The notes under the pieces are model-generated. The model made no database searches. It saw nothing but the letters and a program-made list of their open reading frames with translations, and was not told the DNA's origin. Position numbers and translations under genes: made by a program. Below, one piece after another: positions 47,078-56,147 of a stretch of DNA of 61,131 nt (within the stretch, counting starts at the first letter, position 1; every line of letters begins with the position of its first letter). Origin of the DNA: Pseudomonadota bacterium (GTDB lineage Bacteria; Desulfobacterota; Desulfarculia; Adiutricales; JAGVGV01); NCBI GenBank assembly GCA_018830135.1, contig JAHJTB010000059.1, forward strand, positions 1 to 61,131, read 5' to 3'.

Positions 47078-47650
47078 ATGACCAGTTGGGTGATCGTATT
47101 TTTGGTCCTGGCCGGCGGCCTGTTCGCCTTCAAGATCGTGTACGTTCTGGCTACGGCCGGGGCGCTGCCCGTGACCCGGGGCGCCCTCTATGTTTCCACC
47201 TCCCGGATCAGGATAAGGGCCTTCTTGGAGGCGGTACCCATGTCGTCCGACCAGGTCCTTTACGATCTGGGCTGTGGTGACGGCCGGGTCCTGAGGGCGG
47301 CCGGCCGGCGGTATGGCGTGAAGGCCGAGGGTTGGGATGTCAACGTGCTGGCCTATTTGAACGCCCGGCTGCGCTGTTTTTTCCGGCCTGGCCTCCGGGT
47401 CCGGTTCGGTGATTTTCGGGCCGTGGACCTGGGAGGGGCGGACGTGGTTTTCTGTTATCTGTTTCCCGATGTCATGAAGGACCTGGCCGCCAAGCTGGAG
47501 CGGGAACTCACGCCCGGGGCGCGGGTGATTTCGGCCAACTTTCCCTTGCCCGGCTGGTCGCCCGACCGGGTCATCCGGCCTGAACCGGCCCGCCATGCCG
47601 ATCCGATTTTCATCTATCGCGCTCCGGAGGCCGCGGCAGACCGGTCCTGA
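47078..47650 (+). CDS. class I SAM-dependent methyltransferase with N-terminal TM helix
   Basis: 190 aa. TM helix WVIVFLVLAGGLFAFKIVYVL and motif I VLYDLGCGDGR. Confidence 0.7.
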   Translation: MTSWVIVFLVLAGGLFAFKIVYVLATAGALPVTRGALYVSTSRIRIRAFLEAVPMSSDQVLYDLGCGDGRVLRAAGRRYGVKAEGWDVNVLAYLNARLRCFFRPGLRVRFGDFRAVDLGGADVVFCYLFPDVMKDLAAKLERELTPGARVISANFPLPGWSPDRVIRPEPARHADPIFIYRAPEAAADRS

Positions 47651-47767
47651 AACGTCGCCAACCACGCACGGGTTAGGTTACTGATTGAAAAACTCTTGTT
47701 TTCATTGATTCCGTTTTGATAATCTTAATGGGTCAACGGAGCGAAAGAAGGGACGAGCATCGAGATC

Positions 47768-48253
47768 ATGAAAATCGGTGTCATGTCCGACACCCATCTG
47801 GCCCATGTGTCGGACGAGTTAAAAACGATCGTCGAGGAAGTTTTTCGGGATACGGACCTGATATTGCACGCCGGAGACATTGTATCCGGACGGGTGCTGT
47901 CCTACCTCGAATCCGCCGGCGTGATCGCGGTCTGCGGCAACATGGACTATCCGGACGTGAGCGAAACCCTGCCCCTCAAGCGGACCTTGACGGCGGGTGA
48001 TTTCAAGATCGGTCTGACGCATGGTTACGGCTCTCCCCATGGTCTGGCCCAGCGCCTCCGACCCGCTTTCGGCCAGATCGACTGCCTGATCTTCGGGCAC
48101 AGTCATCAGGCCATGAACCGTCAGGAGGGCTCGACTCTGTATTTCAACCCGGGCACGGCCCTGGGTTCGGTCCGAGGCCGGGGGCACAGCGTCGGCCTGC
48201 TCCGGCTTACCGATCGGATACAAGGTGAAATCATCGAGTTAAGGAGCGAATGA
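47768..48253 (+). CDS. YfcE/MJ0936-family metallophosphoesterase
   Basis: 161 aa. MKIGVMSDTH, HAGD and GHSHQ motifs. Confidence 0.8.
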   Translation: MKIGVMSDTHLAHVSDELKTIVEEVFRDTDLILHAGDIVSGRVLSYLESAGVIAVCGNMDYPDVSETLPLKRTLTAGDFKIGLTHGYGSPHGLAQRLRPAFGQIDCLIFGHSHQAMNRQEGSTLYFNPGTALGSVRGRGHSVGLLRLTDRIQGEIIELRSE

Positions 48254-48762
48254 TGGAAAATCTCTGGGCTCCCTGGAGGATGACCTATATCCTGGGTGAA
48301 GACGAGGCGGCCAAGTCCGAGGCCTGCATTTTCTGCGTGGACGACGACAAGGCCGGGCCGGACAAGAGCCGGCTGATCCTGTATGTCGGCCGCCTCTCCA
48401 TGGTCATGATGAACCGCTATCCTTACAACAACGGCCACCTGCTCGTGGCCCCCCGGAGTCACAAGGCCGAACTCAAGGACCTGACCGCCGAGGAATCGGC
48501 CGACCTGCTGGACCTGGTGCGGGACAGTATCGAGATCATGAAGCGGATTTTCCGGCCGAACGGTTTCAACGTGGGTTTGAATCTGGGCCGGGTGGCCGGG
48601 GCTGGCGTCGAAGCCCATATGCATTTCCACATCGTACCCCGGTGGAGCGGAGACACCAATTTCATGACCGTTTTCGCGGACGTCCGGGTCGTACCCGAAC
48701 ATCTCGAAGCCAGCTTCGATCGGCTGCTGCCCCATTTCAGCGCCCTGGGGGATCGGGCATGA
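48250..48762 (+). CDS. HIT-family nucleotide hydrolase/phosphorylase
   Basis: 170 aa. Histidine triad HMHFHIVPRW. ATGA overlap with the preceding gene. Confidence 0.85.
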   Translation: MMENLWAPWRMTYILGEDEAAKSEACIFCVDDDKAGPDKSRLILYVGRLSMVMMNRYPYNNGHLLVAPRSHKAELKDLTAEESADLLDLVRDSIEIMKRIFRPNGFNVGLNLGRVAGAGVEAHMHFHIVPRWSGDTNFMTVFADVRVVPEHLEASFDRLLPHFSALGDRA

Positions 48763-49118
48763 AAAAGTTAAAGGCTCTCGGCCTGGGCCTTCTGGTGGCC
48801 CTGTTGCTCCTGTTCGTCGCTCAGAATCTGACCGCCTTGCAGCACAGCCAGAGCCTTCGACTCGATCTCCTGTTCACCCGGGTGGAAAGTCCGCCTCTGC
48901 AGATGTTCTTTCTGCTCATCACCTGTTTCTTTCTGGGGTTTGTTCTGGCGTACGGCCTCGGTTACATGGAAAGGCGACGCCTGAAGAAGACCGTCAAGGC
49001 GCTTAAAAACCATTATGCTCGCACGGAAGAGGAGCTCCAGTCGCTGAGGAACCTGCCCGTAACCGGAGACGTTCCTTCGGGCGTTCAGGCGGAAACCTCC
49101 GGGCGGAAAGACGGTTAG
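48759..49118 (+). CDS. lapA: LapA-family (DUF1049) inner-membrane protein
   Basis: 119 aa from ATG 48759 (ATGA overlap with the HIT stop). Two TM helices. Lies directly upstream of lapB. Confidence 0.6.
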   Translation: MKKLKALGLGLLVALLLLFVAQNLTALQHSQSLRLDLLFTRVESPPLQMFFLLITCFFLGFVLAYGLGYMERRRLKKTVKALKNHYARTEEELQSLRNLPVTGDVPSGVQAETSGRKDG

Positions 49119-49122
49119 CATC

Positions 49123-50448
49123 ATGTGGCAACAGACGGTCGTAGTCTGGGGTTGGGAGATTGCCTTCGGCCAATTGGTGGTCGTGGTGTCGTTCGCGGCC
49201 TTATTGCTGGGCTACCTGCTGGCCATGGCCATCAATCGCCGGCAGCGGGAGTCGACCGGCCGGGACACGTTCGAGGACAAGGAACGGATGACCTCGAACA
49301 TGGCCTTCATTTCGGGTATCAATTACATTCTTTCCGGCAAGACGGACCAGGCCATCGAGGAACTGACCCGGGCCGTGAGCGTGGATACGGATACGGTCGA
49401 GACCTATGTGGCCCTGGCCAATCTGTTTCGGGCCCGAGGGGACATCGACCGGGCCATTCGGATTCGCCAGACGATCATCCTGCGCAAGAAGCTGGACGCG
49501 CAGGTCCGGCGTCAGGCCCGTTTCGATCTTGGCCTGGACTATCGCAAGGGCGGCTTTTACGACCGGGCCGTCCAGACCTTCGAGGAACTGGTCCGGGACG
49601 AACCCAAGCGGGTCGAGCCCTACCTTCAGTTGATCGAGATATTCGAAGAGACCCGGGACTGGTCCAAGGCCTTTGAGATGGAACAGAAAGTGGCCCGGCT
49701 GACCGGGAGCCGGGCCGGCAACGTGCAGGCCCATCTTCAGGTGGAGATGGGCAAGGAGGTTTTTGAAAAAGGAAACCTCAACCAGGCACGCTCCCATTTC
49801 AAGAAGGCCTTGTCCCTGGACCCGGCTTGCGTGGACGCATACTTGCACCTGGGCGACCTGCTGCTCGGCGAAGGCAAGCTAAAAAAGGCAGTCTCCACTT
49901 GGCGCAAGGTTGCGGCCGTGGCTCCGGACATGGCCTTTCTGACCTTCGGGCGCCTGGCCCGGGTTTCCCCCGAGGCCAAGGACCTGAAGGCCGCCGTGCA
50001 GTTTCTGGCCGAAACCGCGGTCCAGGATCGCAATCCCATGGCTCACCTGACCCTGGCCCGCCTCTTGGAACGACAGGGGGACCATGACGGCGCCATCGAG
50101 CATCTTGAAACCGCCCTGGAACGGGACCCGTCCCTGTATGAGGCCCGCCGGGAGCTGGGGACGCTGCTGCTGTCCCTGGACCGTCGGGAGGCGGCCCTGA
50201 ACGCCTATCGGGATTTTCTGGAGCATCTGACCGCGCCCGAGGTGGTTTTTCAATGCGGCCATTGCGGTTACGAATCCAGGGAACTGGCCTGGCGCTGCCC
50301 GCATTGCAGCCGATGGGACACGATGACCTTGCAGCGGCACCGCCCCTTGCTTTTCGACCCGCGGGAAGCGCCCGCCGTGCCCACTGTGCCGGCAGACCCT
50401 CCGTCCGAAGATGCGGCCGATGAGGAACCTCCCTCAGGCGAAATCTGA
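49123..50448 (+). CDS. lapB: lipopolysaccharide assembly protein LapB (YciM)
   Basis: 441 aa. N-terminal TM helix, TPR repeats and a C-terminal rubredoxin-like CGHCGY...CPHC. Confidence 0.85.
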   Translation: MWQQTVVVWGWEIAFGQLVVVVSFAALLLGYLLAMAINRRQRESTGRDTFEDKERMTSNMAFISGINYILSGKTDQAIEELTRAVSVDTDTVETYVALANLFRARGDIDRAIRIRQTIILRKKLDAQVRRQARFDLGLDYRKGGFYDRAVQTFEELVRDEPKRVEPYLQLIEIFEETRDWSKAFEMEQKVARLTGSRAGNVQAHLQVEMGKEVFEKGNLNQARSHFKKALSLDPACVDAYLHLGDLLLGEGKLKKAVSTWRKVAAVAPDMAFLTFGRLARVSPEAKDLKAAVQFLAETAVQDRNPMAHLTLARLLERQGDHDGAIEHLETALERDPSLYEARRELGTLLLSLDRREAALNAYRDFLEHLTAPEVVFQCGHCGYESRELAWRCPHCSRWDTMTLQRHRPLLFDPREAPAVPTVPADPPSEDAADEEPPSGEI

Positions 50449-50457
50449 TTGCACTCC

Positions 50458-53067
50458 ATGTCCAAACTCACGCCCATGCTCAAGCAGTACTTCGAGAAAA
50501 AGGAGAAGTATCCGGATGCCATCCTGTTTTTCCGCATGGGCGATTTTTATGAAATGTTTTTCGATGACGCGGTCAAGGCCGCGCCGGTTCTCGAGATCGC
50601 CCTGACCTCCCGTTCGAAACACCAGGGCCAGGACATACCCATGTGCGGGGTGCCTTACCATGCGGCCGAGGCCTATATCGGCCGTCTGGTCCGCCATGGT
50701 TTCCGTGTCGCCGTCTGCGATCAGGTGGAGGACCCCCGCTTGAGCAAGGGCATCGTGGCCAGGGAGGTGACCCGGGTCGTGACGCCGGGGATGGTCCTTT
50801 CCCCGGAGATGGATGACCCGAAGACCGCCCGCTACCTGGCCGCGATCTGTGGACCCCGCCCGGGCCGGGTCGAGGACCCCTTCGGCTTGGCGGCCCTGGA
50901 CGTGAGCACTGGTGACTTTCTCATGACCGAAGTGGCGGACCGGTCCGCCCTGGAGGCGGAACTGCTTCGTCTGGACCCGGCCGAGGTCCTGGTCCCCGAG
51001 GCCGAGGAATACGGGCTGGCCGGACTGCTCGATGAACTGGACCGTTTCGCCACCTTGTACGAAGCCGAGGCCTTTGAGACGGACCGGGCCCGCCGGGTCC
51101 TGTCCGCCCGATTCGGGGAACACGCCCTGGCCGGTTTCGGGGGGCGGGACATGCCCCGGGGCACGGCCGCCGCCGGGGCCGCCCTCCAGTACGCCCAGGA
51201 GACCCAAGGACGGGACCTGGTCCACGCGGACCGGCTCCGTGTTTACCGGCCCCGCGACTTCATGGTCCTGGACGAGACGTCCAAGCGGAACCTGGAGCTG
51301 TTCGACAATCTGCGGGACCGGACCCGGACCGGGACGTTGATCGGCCTGATCGACCTGACCGTCACGGCCATGGGCGGCCGGGCGCTGAAGCAGTGGATGG
51401 GATATCCTCTGATCGACCGCTCCCGAATCGCCGAACGGCAGGACGCGGTCGAGGCCCTGGTCCTGGACGGCATGACCCGCACCGACCTCAGAGCGCGTCT
51501 GGGGGGCGTACACGATCTGGAGCGGCTGACCGGCCGGATATCCCTGGGCCGGGCCGGCCCCCGTGACCTGGCGGCCCTGAGGAACAGCCTGCTCCGGCTG
51601 CCCGAAATCAAGGGTCTGCTTCTGGCCCAGACCGACGGCCGCCTAAGAGACCTGGGAGAGCGGACCGACGTCGTCGCCGATATGGCCGACCTGATCGGTC
51701 GGGCCCTGGTGGACGACCCGCCGGTCAATCTCAAGGAAGGCGGAATTTTTCGGGCCGGTTACGACCCGGCCCTGGACGAACTGATCACCATCATGAGCGA
51801 GGGCAAGGGCTGGATCGTCCGCCTGGAAAAGCAGGAGAAGGAACGTACCGGCATCCATTCCCTCAAGGTCGGATTCAACCGGGTTTTCGGCTATTACATC
51901 GAGGTGACCCGCTCCAATCTGGGCCTGGTTCCGGACGACTACATCCGCAAGCAGACCCTGGCCGGGGGCGAGCGGTTCATCACTCCGGAACTCAAGGAGC
52001 AGGAGGAAAAGGTCCTGAGCGCCGAGGAGCGCCGGACCGAACTCGAACAGGCGCTTTTCGAGGGTCTGCGCGACCGGTTGGCCGGCCAGGCTCCGCGACT
52101 CAAGCAGACCGCGGAATTCATCGCCGAAGTGGACGTTCTGGCCGCCATGGCCGAGGCCGCGGTCAAGTTCGACTACGTCCGGCCCGAACTGTTGGACGAG
52201 GACCGGATCGAAATCCAGGGGGGCAGACACCCGGTCATCGAACGCTCCCTGCGCGGCGAAACTTTTGTGCCCAACGACGTGGAACTCGACAACCGGGAGC
52301 AGCAGATCATCATCATCACCGGGCCCAACATGGCCGGGAAATCGACCATCCTGCGCCAGACCGCCTTGATTGTGCTGCTCAACCAGATGGGCGGCTTCGT
52401 TCCCGCTGAAAAGGCCCGACTGGGTCTGGTGGACCGCATCTTCACCCGTGTCGGGGCCTCCGACGACCTGGCCCGGGGGCGGTCGACCTTCATGGTGGAA
52501 ATGAACGAGACGGCCCAGATACTCAATCAGGCCACGCCCAGGAGTCTGGTCGTGCTCGACGAGATCGGGCGCGGCACCAGCACCTTCGACGGCATGTCCA
52601 TTGCCTGGGCCGTGGCCGAATACCTGCACGACCTGGACGGCGTGGGGGTCAGGACCCTGTTCGCCACCCATTACCACGAACTGGTGGAACTGGCCCGGGC
52701 CATGCCCCGGGTCCGGAACTACAACGTGGCCGTCAAGGAATGGGAACAGAACATCATTTTTCTGCGCAAGCTCGTACCGGGCGGTTCCAGCCGCAGCTAC
52801 GGCCTGGCCGTGGCCCGTCTGGCCGGGCTGCCCGGCGAGGTCCTGAACCGGGCCGCCGAGGTCCTCGAAAGCCTGGAGAACGGCGGCGGCGCCGTGAACG
52901 GGACCCCGAAGCGCGCCCCGGTCCGTTCCGCCAAGGCGGCCGGCCAACTCGACCTTTTCGCGCCCAACGACAGCGAACTGGCCGAGGAAATCCGGGGAAT
53001 CGACCTGAACAACCTTACGCCCTTGCAGGCCCTGAACAAGCTGGCCGAACTGAAAAGACGCGTATGA
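50458..53067 (+). CDS. mutS: DNA mismatch repair protein MutS
   Basis: MSKLTPMLKQYFEKKEKYPDAILFFRMGDFYEMF and Walker A GPNMAGKST. I chose ATG 50458; the track starts at TTG 50449. Confidence 0.95.
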   Translation: MSKLTPMLKQYFEKKEKYPDAILFFRMGDFYEMFFDDAVKAAPVLEIALTSRSKHQGQDIPMCGVPYHAAEAYIGRLVRHGFRVAVCDQVEDPRLSKGIVAREVTRVVTPGMVLSPEMDDPKTARYLAAICGPRPGRVEDPFGLAALDVSTGDFLMTEVADRSALEAELLRLDPAEVLVPEAEEYGLAGLLDELDRFATLYEAEAFETDRARRVLSARFGEHALAGFGGRDMPRGTAAAGAALQYAQETQGRDLVHADRLRVYRPRDFMVLDETSKRNLELFDNLRDRTRTGTLIGLIDLTVTAMGGRALKQWMGYPLIDRSRIAERQDAVEALVLDGMTRTDLRARLGGVHDLERLTGRISLGRAGPRDLAALRNSLLRLPEIKGLLLAQTDGRLRDLGERTDVVADMADLIGRALVDDPPVNLKEGGIFRAGYDPALDELITIMSEGKGWIVRLEKQEKERTGIHSLKVGFNRVFGYYIEVTRSNLGLVPDDYIRKQTLAGGERFITPELKEQEEKVLSAEERRTELEQALFEGLRDRLAGQAPRLKQTAEFIAEVDVLAAMAEAAVKFDYVRPELLDEDRIEIQGGRHPVIERSLRGETFVPNDVELDNREQQIIIITGPNMAGKSTILRQTALIVLLNQMGGFVPAEKARLGLVDRIFTRVGASDDLARGRSTFMVEMNETAQILNQATPRSLVVLDEIGRGTSTFDGMSIAWAVAEYLHDLDGVGVRTLFATHYHELVELARAMPRVRNYNVAVKEWEQNIIFLRKLVPGGSSRSYGLAVARLAGLPGEVLNRAAEVLESLENGGGAVNGTPKRAPVRSAKAAGQLDLFAPNDSELAEEIRGIDLNNLTPLQALNKLAELKRRV

Positions 53068-54941
53068 TGCCAACGTGGATACGACATGTCCGCCTGTTCG
53101 TCCTGGCCCTGGTCGCGGCGGCCGTATTCGCCGGAACCGCGGAGGGCGCCAAGACCGACACCCTGTTTACAACGGCCGAAACGACCCGCGAACACCTCGA
53201 TCAGGACAAATCGGCCCAGGGCTATCGCCACAACTGGCTCAAGGCCATTGAAAACTACCAGAACGTGATCGAAGCGGAACCGAGCGGAACCAGGGCTCCC
53301 CAGGCGGCTCTGGCCGTGGCCGACCTGTATCTGGCCTTGTTCAGACGTTCCCGCATCGCCTCCGACCTGGATCAGGCTTTGCGTCAGTATCGGACGGTGA
53401 CGAAACGGTACACCCAATCGCCCCAGGCCCCCCTGGCCCAGTTGAGGATCGGCCAGGTTTATCATGTTTACAAAAATGACCCCGACCGGGCCTATGTCGA
53501 GTTTCTGAAGGTCGAACTCAATCATCCAAAAAGTCCGGAGGTGGCCCAGGCCCGCAAGAAGCTGGCCGAAATCTCGGGGGCCACCGCCTCGACGCCGAAG
53601 GCGCCCGATCCCCCGGCCGCCGTCGAGGCCGGTAAGGAGACGCCCCCGGCGCCCCCCCTGGTCAAGCCGGCCGTTGCCGGGCCGGCCGAGCCTGCCAGAG
53701 CGCCCCTGGCCCAGATTCAAGGCGTGCGGACCTGGTCGAACCCTTCCTACACGCGGGTGGCCATCGATGTGGACCGGCAGATATCCTTCAAGGATCACCT
53801 GCTCCGTCAGGACCCGGGCCTGAAAAAACCCATGCGGCTCTATCTGGACATGCAGACCGCCCGCCTGGCTTCGGACGTGAAGGAGGAAGTGACCATCGGC
53901 GACGGGCTGTTGGAGCGGGCCCGGATCGGGCAGTTCGACCACGATACGGTCCGCGTCGTCCTGGACATTCGGCACATCAGCAACTACCGGATATTTTACC
54001 TGTCCAATCCCTTTCGTATCGTCGTGGACGTAACCGGGGAACGTGAGAAGGTAGCGGCCGCCCGACCCGAACCGGCCAAACCGGCCGAACCGGCCAGGCC
54101 GGAGGCTGTCAAACCGGCCAAGCCGGCCACACCCGAACCGGCCGAACCCAAGGCCCCGTTGATCGATCTGCGGGAAACGGCGGGCAAGCGGAAAAAAATT
54201 CCCCGGGGACCGGCCCGGATTTCCGGGAAAAAGTCTTCTTTGGCCCGCCAACTCGGCCTGGGGATCAACCGGATCGTTCTCGACCCCGGCCACGGGGGCA
54301 AGGACTGCGGGGCGATCGGCATCAGCGGGCTGAAGGAAAAGGACCTGACCCTGGATTTCAGCCGTCGCCTGGCTGGCCGAATCGAAAAAAAGCTCGGACT
54401 CCACGTTGTCCTGACCCGGGACAAGGACGTTTTCATTCCCCTGGAGGAACGCACGGCCATTGCCAACACCAATGGCGCGGACCTGTTCGTCTCGGTCCAC
54501 GCCAACGCACACCGGGACCCCAAACAGCATGGCATCGAGACCTATTTTCTGAGCCTGGCCACGGACGACGAGGCCATGCGCGTGGCCGCATTGGAAAACG
54601 CGGCCAGCACCAAGAACATGAGCGACCTTCAGATGATCCTCAACGACCTGATGCTCAACTCGAAGATCAACGAGTCGGCCCGTCTGGCCACCCAGGTCCA
54701 CCGCCAGATGGTGGGTCAGGTCAGGAAAAAGTATCGTAACATCCGGGACCTCAAGGTCAAACAGGCGCCGTTTTACGTCCTGATCGGGGCGAACATGCCC
54801 TCCGTACTGCTCGAACTCGGGTTCGTCAGCAACTCCGCCGAGGAGAAACGCCTCAGGAACCAGCGCTACATGGATCAGTTGGCCGACGGAATCATCGAAG
54901 GCATCCGCCTCTACACCCAGTCCTTCAAGCGTCCCCAATAG
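53064..54941 (+). CDS. N-acetylmuramoyl-L-alanine amidase with N-terminal TPR-like domain and AMIN-like domain
   Basis: 625 aa from ATG 53064 (ATGA overlap with the mutS stop). Signal peptide, then a helical TPR/YbgF-like region. A central AMIN-like region is flanked by Pro/Ala-rich linkers (nt ~54061-54150 encode PEPAKPAEPARPEAVKPAKPATPEPAEP). Amidase_3 catalytic domain (VLDPGHGGKDCGA, VSVHANA). Confidence 0.85.
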   Translation: MMPTWIRHVRLFVLALVAAAVFAGTAEGAKTDTLFTTAETTREHLDQDKSAQGYRHNWLKAIENYQNVIEAEPSGTRAPQAALAVADLYLALFRRSRIASDLDQALRQYRTVTKRYTQSPQAPLAQLRIGQVYHVYKNDPDRAYVEFLKVELNHPKSPEVAQARKKLAEISGATASTPKAPDPPAAVEAGKETPPAPPLVKPAVAGPAEPARAPLAQIQGVRTWSNPSYTRVAIDVDRQISFKDHLLRQDPGLKKPMRLYLDMQTARLASDVKEEVTIGDGLLERARIGQFDHDTVRVVLDIRHISNYRIFYLSNPFRIVVDVTGEREKVAAARPEPAKPAEPARPEAVKPAKPATPEPAEPKAPLIDLRETAGKRKKIPRGPARISGKKSSLARQLGLGINRIVLDPGHGGKDCGAIGISGLKEKDLTLDFSRRLAGRIEKKLGLHVVLTRDKDVFIPLEERTAIANTNGADLFVSVHANAHRDPKQHGIETYFLSLATDDEAMRVAALENAASTKNMSDLQMILNDLMLNSKINESARLATQVHRQMVGQVRKKYRNIRDLKVKQAPFYVLIGANMPSVLLELGFVSNSAEEKRLRNQRYMDQLADGIIEGIRLYTQSFKRPQ

Positions 54942-55030
54942 TCCCGGATATTGCCGTCGGGTTCCACCGCGAAAAAGAACGGCCGACGGGCGGCGCCGTC
55001 GGCCGGATGGCTGTCGTTCAAGGCTGAAAA

Positions 55031-56147
55031 TCAGCCGGAAAGGCCTTGTTTGTTGGCTCCTTCCAGCAGGTAGGCCTGGACAAAGGCGTCCAGATCGCCG
55101 TCCAGGACCGCATCCACGTTCCCCACTTCGACCTGGGTCCGATGATCCTTGATCAGACGGTAGGGGTGCAGGACGTAGGACCGAATCTGGCTGCCCCAGG
55201 CGATGTCTTTTTTGTTGTCATGGATGGCCTTTATTTCCGCGGCCTTTTTTTCCTCTTCCAGTTGGTAAAGGCGGGCCCGCAGGACTTTCATGGCCAGGTC
55301 CTTGTTGCGGTGCTGGGATTTTTCGTCCTGGCATTGGACCACGATACCCGTGGGCAGGTGGGTGATGCGCACGGCGGAACTGGTCTTGTTGACGTGCTGG
55401 CCGCCGGCCCCGCTGGCCCGATAGGTGTCGACGCGCAGGTCCTTGTCCTGGATGTCGATGACGATGTCGTCGTCGATTTCCGGCACGACGAAGACGCTGG
55501 CAAAGGAGGTGTGCCGGCGGTTGCTGGCGTCAAAGGGCGAGATGCGGACCAGGCGGTGGATGCCGATTTCCGGACGCATCAGGCCGAAGGCGAACTTGCC
55601 GGCCAGGGTGAAGGTCACGCTTTTGATGCCGGCCTCGTCTCCTTCGAGCATGTCGACGACCTGGGCGGTAAATCCCTGGCGGTCGGCGTAACGCATGTAC
55701 ATGCGCAACAGCATTTCGGCCCAGTCCTGGGCTTCCGTGCCTCCGGCCCCGGCATGGATGTCCACGATGGCGTTGTTCAGGTCGTGGGCGCCCGAGAGCA
55801 TGCGTTCGATTTCAAAGTGATCCAGCCGCTTTTCCAGGGTGGCCAGACGGCCGGTGATCTCCTGGCCTGTTTCTTCGTCGGCCTCCTCCAGGGCCATTTC
55901 CAGAAGAATCTCGATCTCCTCCCGCTCGTTGTCCAGTACGGTCCAGGACTCCAGGCGGTCGGCCAGGCGGGTCCTTTCCCGAGGCACCTCCCTGGCCTTC
56001 TGGGGGTCGTCCCAGAAGCCCGCCTTGGACATGATCTTGTCCAGTTCGTCCATGCGCGTTTTTACGGTTTCCAGGTCAAAGATAGCCCCGAAGTGTTTCG
56101 AAACGGTCCTGAAGCTCCTTGAATTTCGGTTTGAGATCAACCAACAT
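55031..56147 (-). CDS. prfB: peptide chain release factor 2 (two-frame gene, programmed +1 frameshift)
   Basis: Frame 0 runs 56147-56079: MLVDLKPKFKELQDRFETLRGYL, then TGA. The +1 frame continues DLETVKTRMDELD... to 55031 and carries SPF (ISPFDA) and GGQ (SGAGGQHVNKT). Confidence 0.95.
56075..56081 (-). other. prfB +1 frameshift site CTT TGA C
   Basis: The minus strand reads CGG GGC TAT CTT TGA C: an SD-like GGGG, 5 nt, then CTT-TGA-C. This is the same architecture as the classical E. coli prfB recoding site. Confidence 0.9.

Noticed and set aside
45986-47280. Plus-strand ORFs 45986-46324 (112 aa) and 46960-47280 (106 aa) in the AT-rich islet.
   Set aside because: The first overlaps the better-supported minus-strand secreted-protein gene. 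The second overlaps the methyltransferase gene in another frame. Neither has a Shine-Dalgarno or a recognisable motif.
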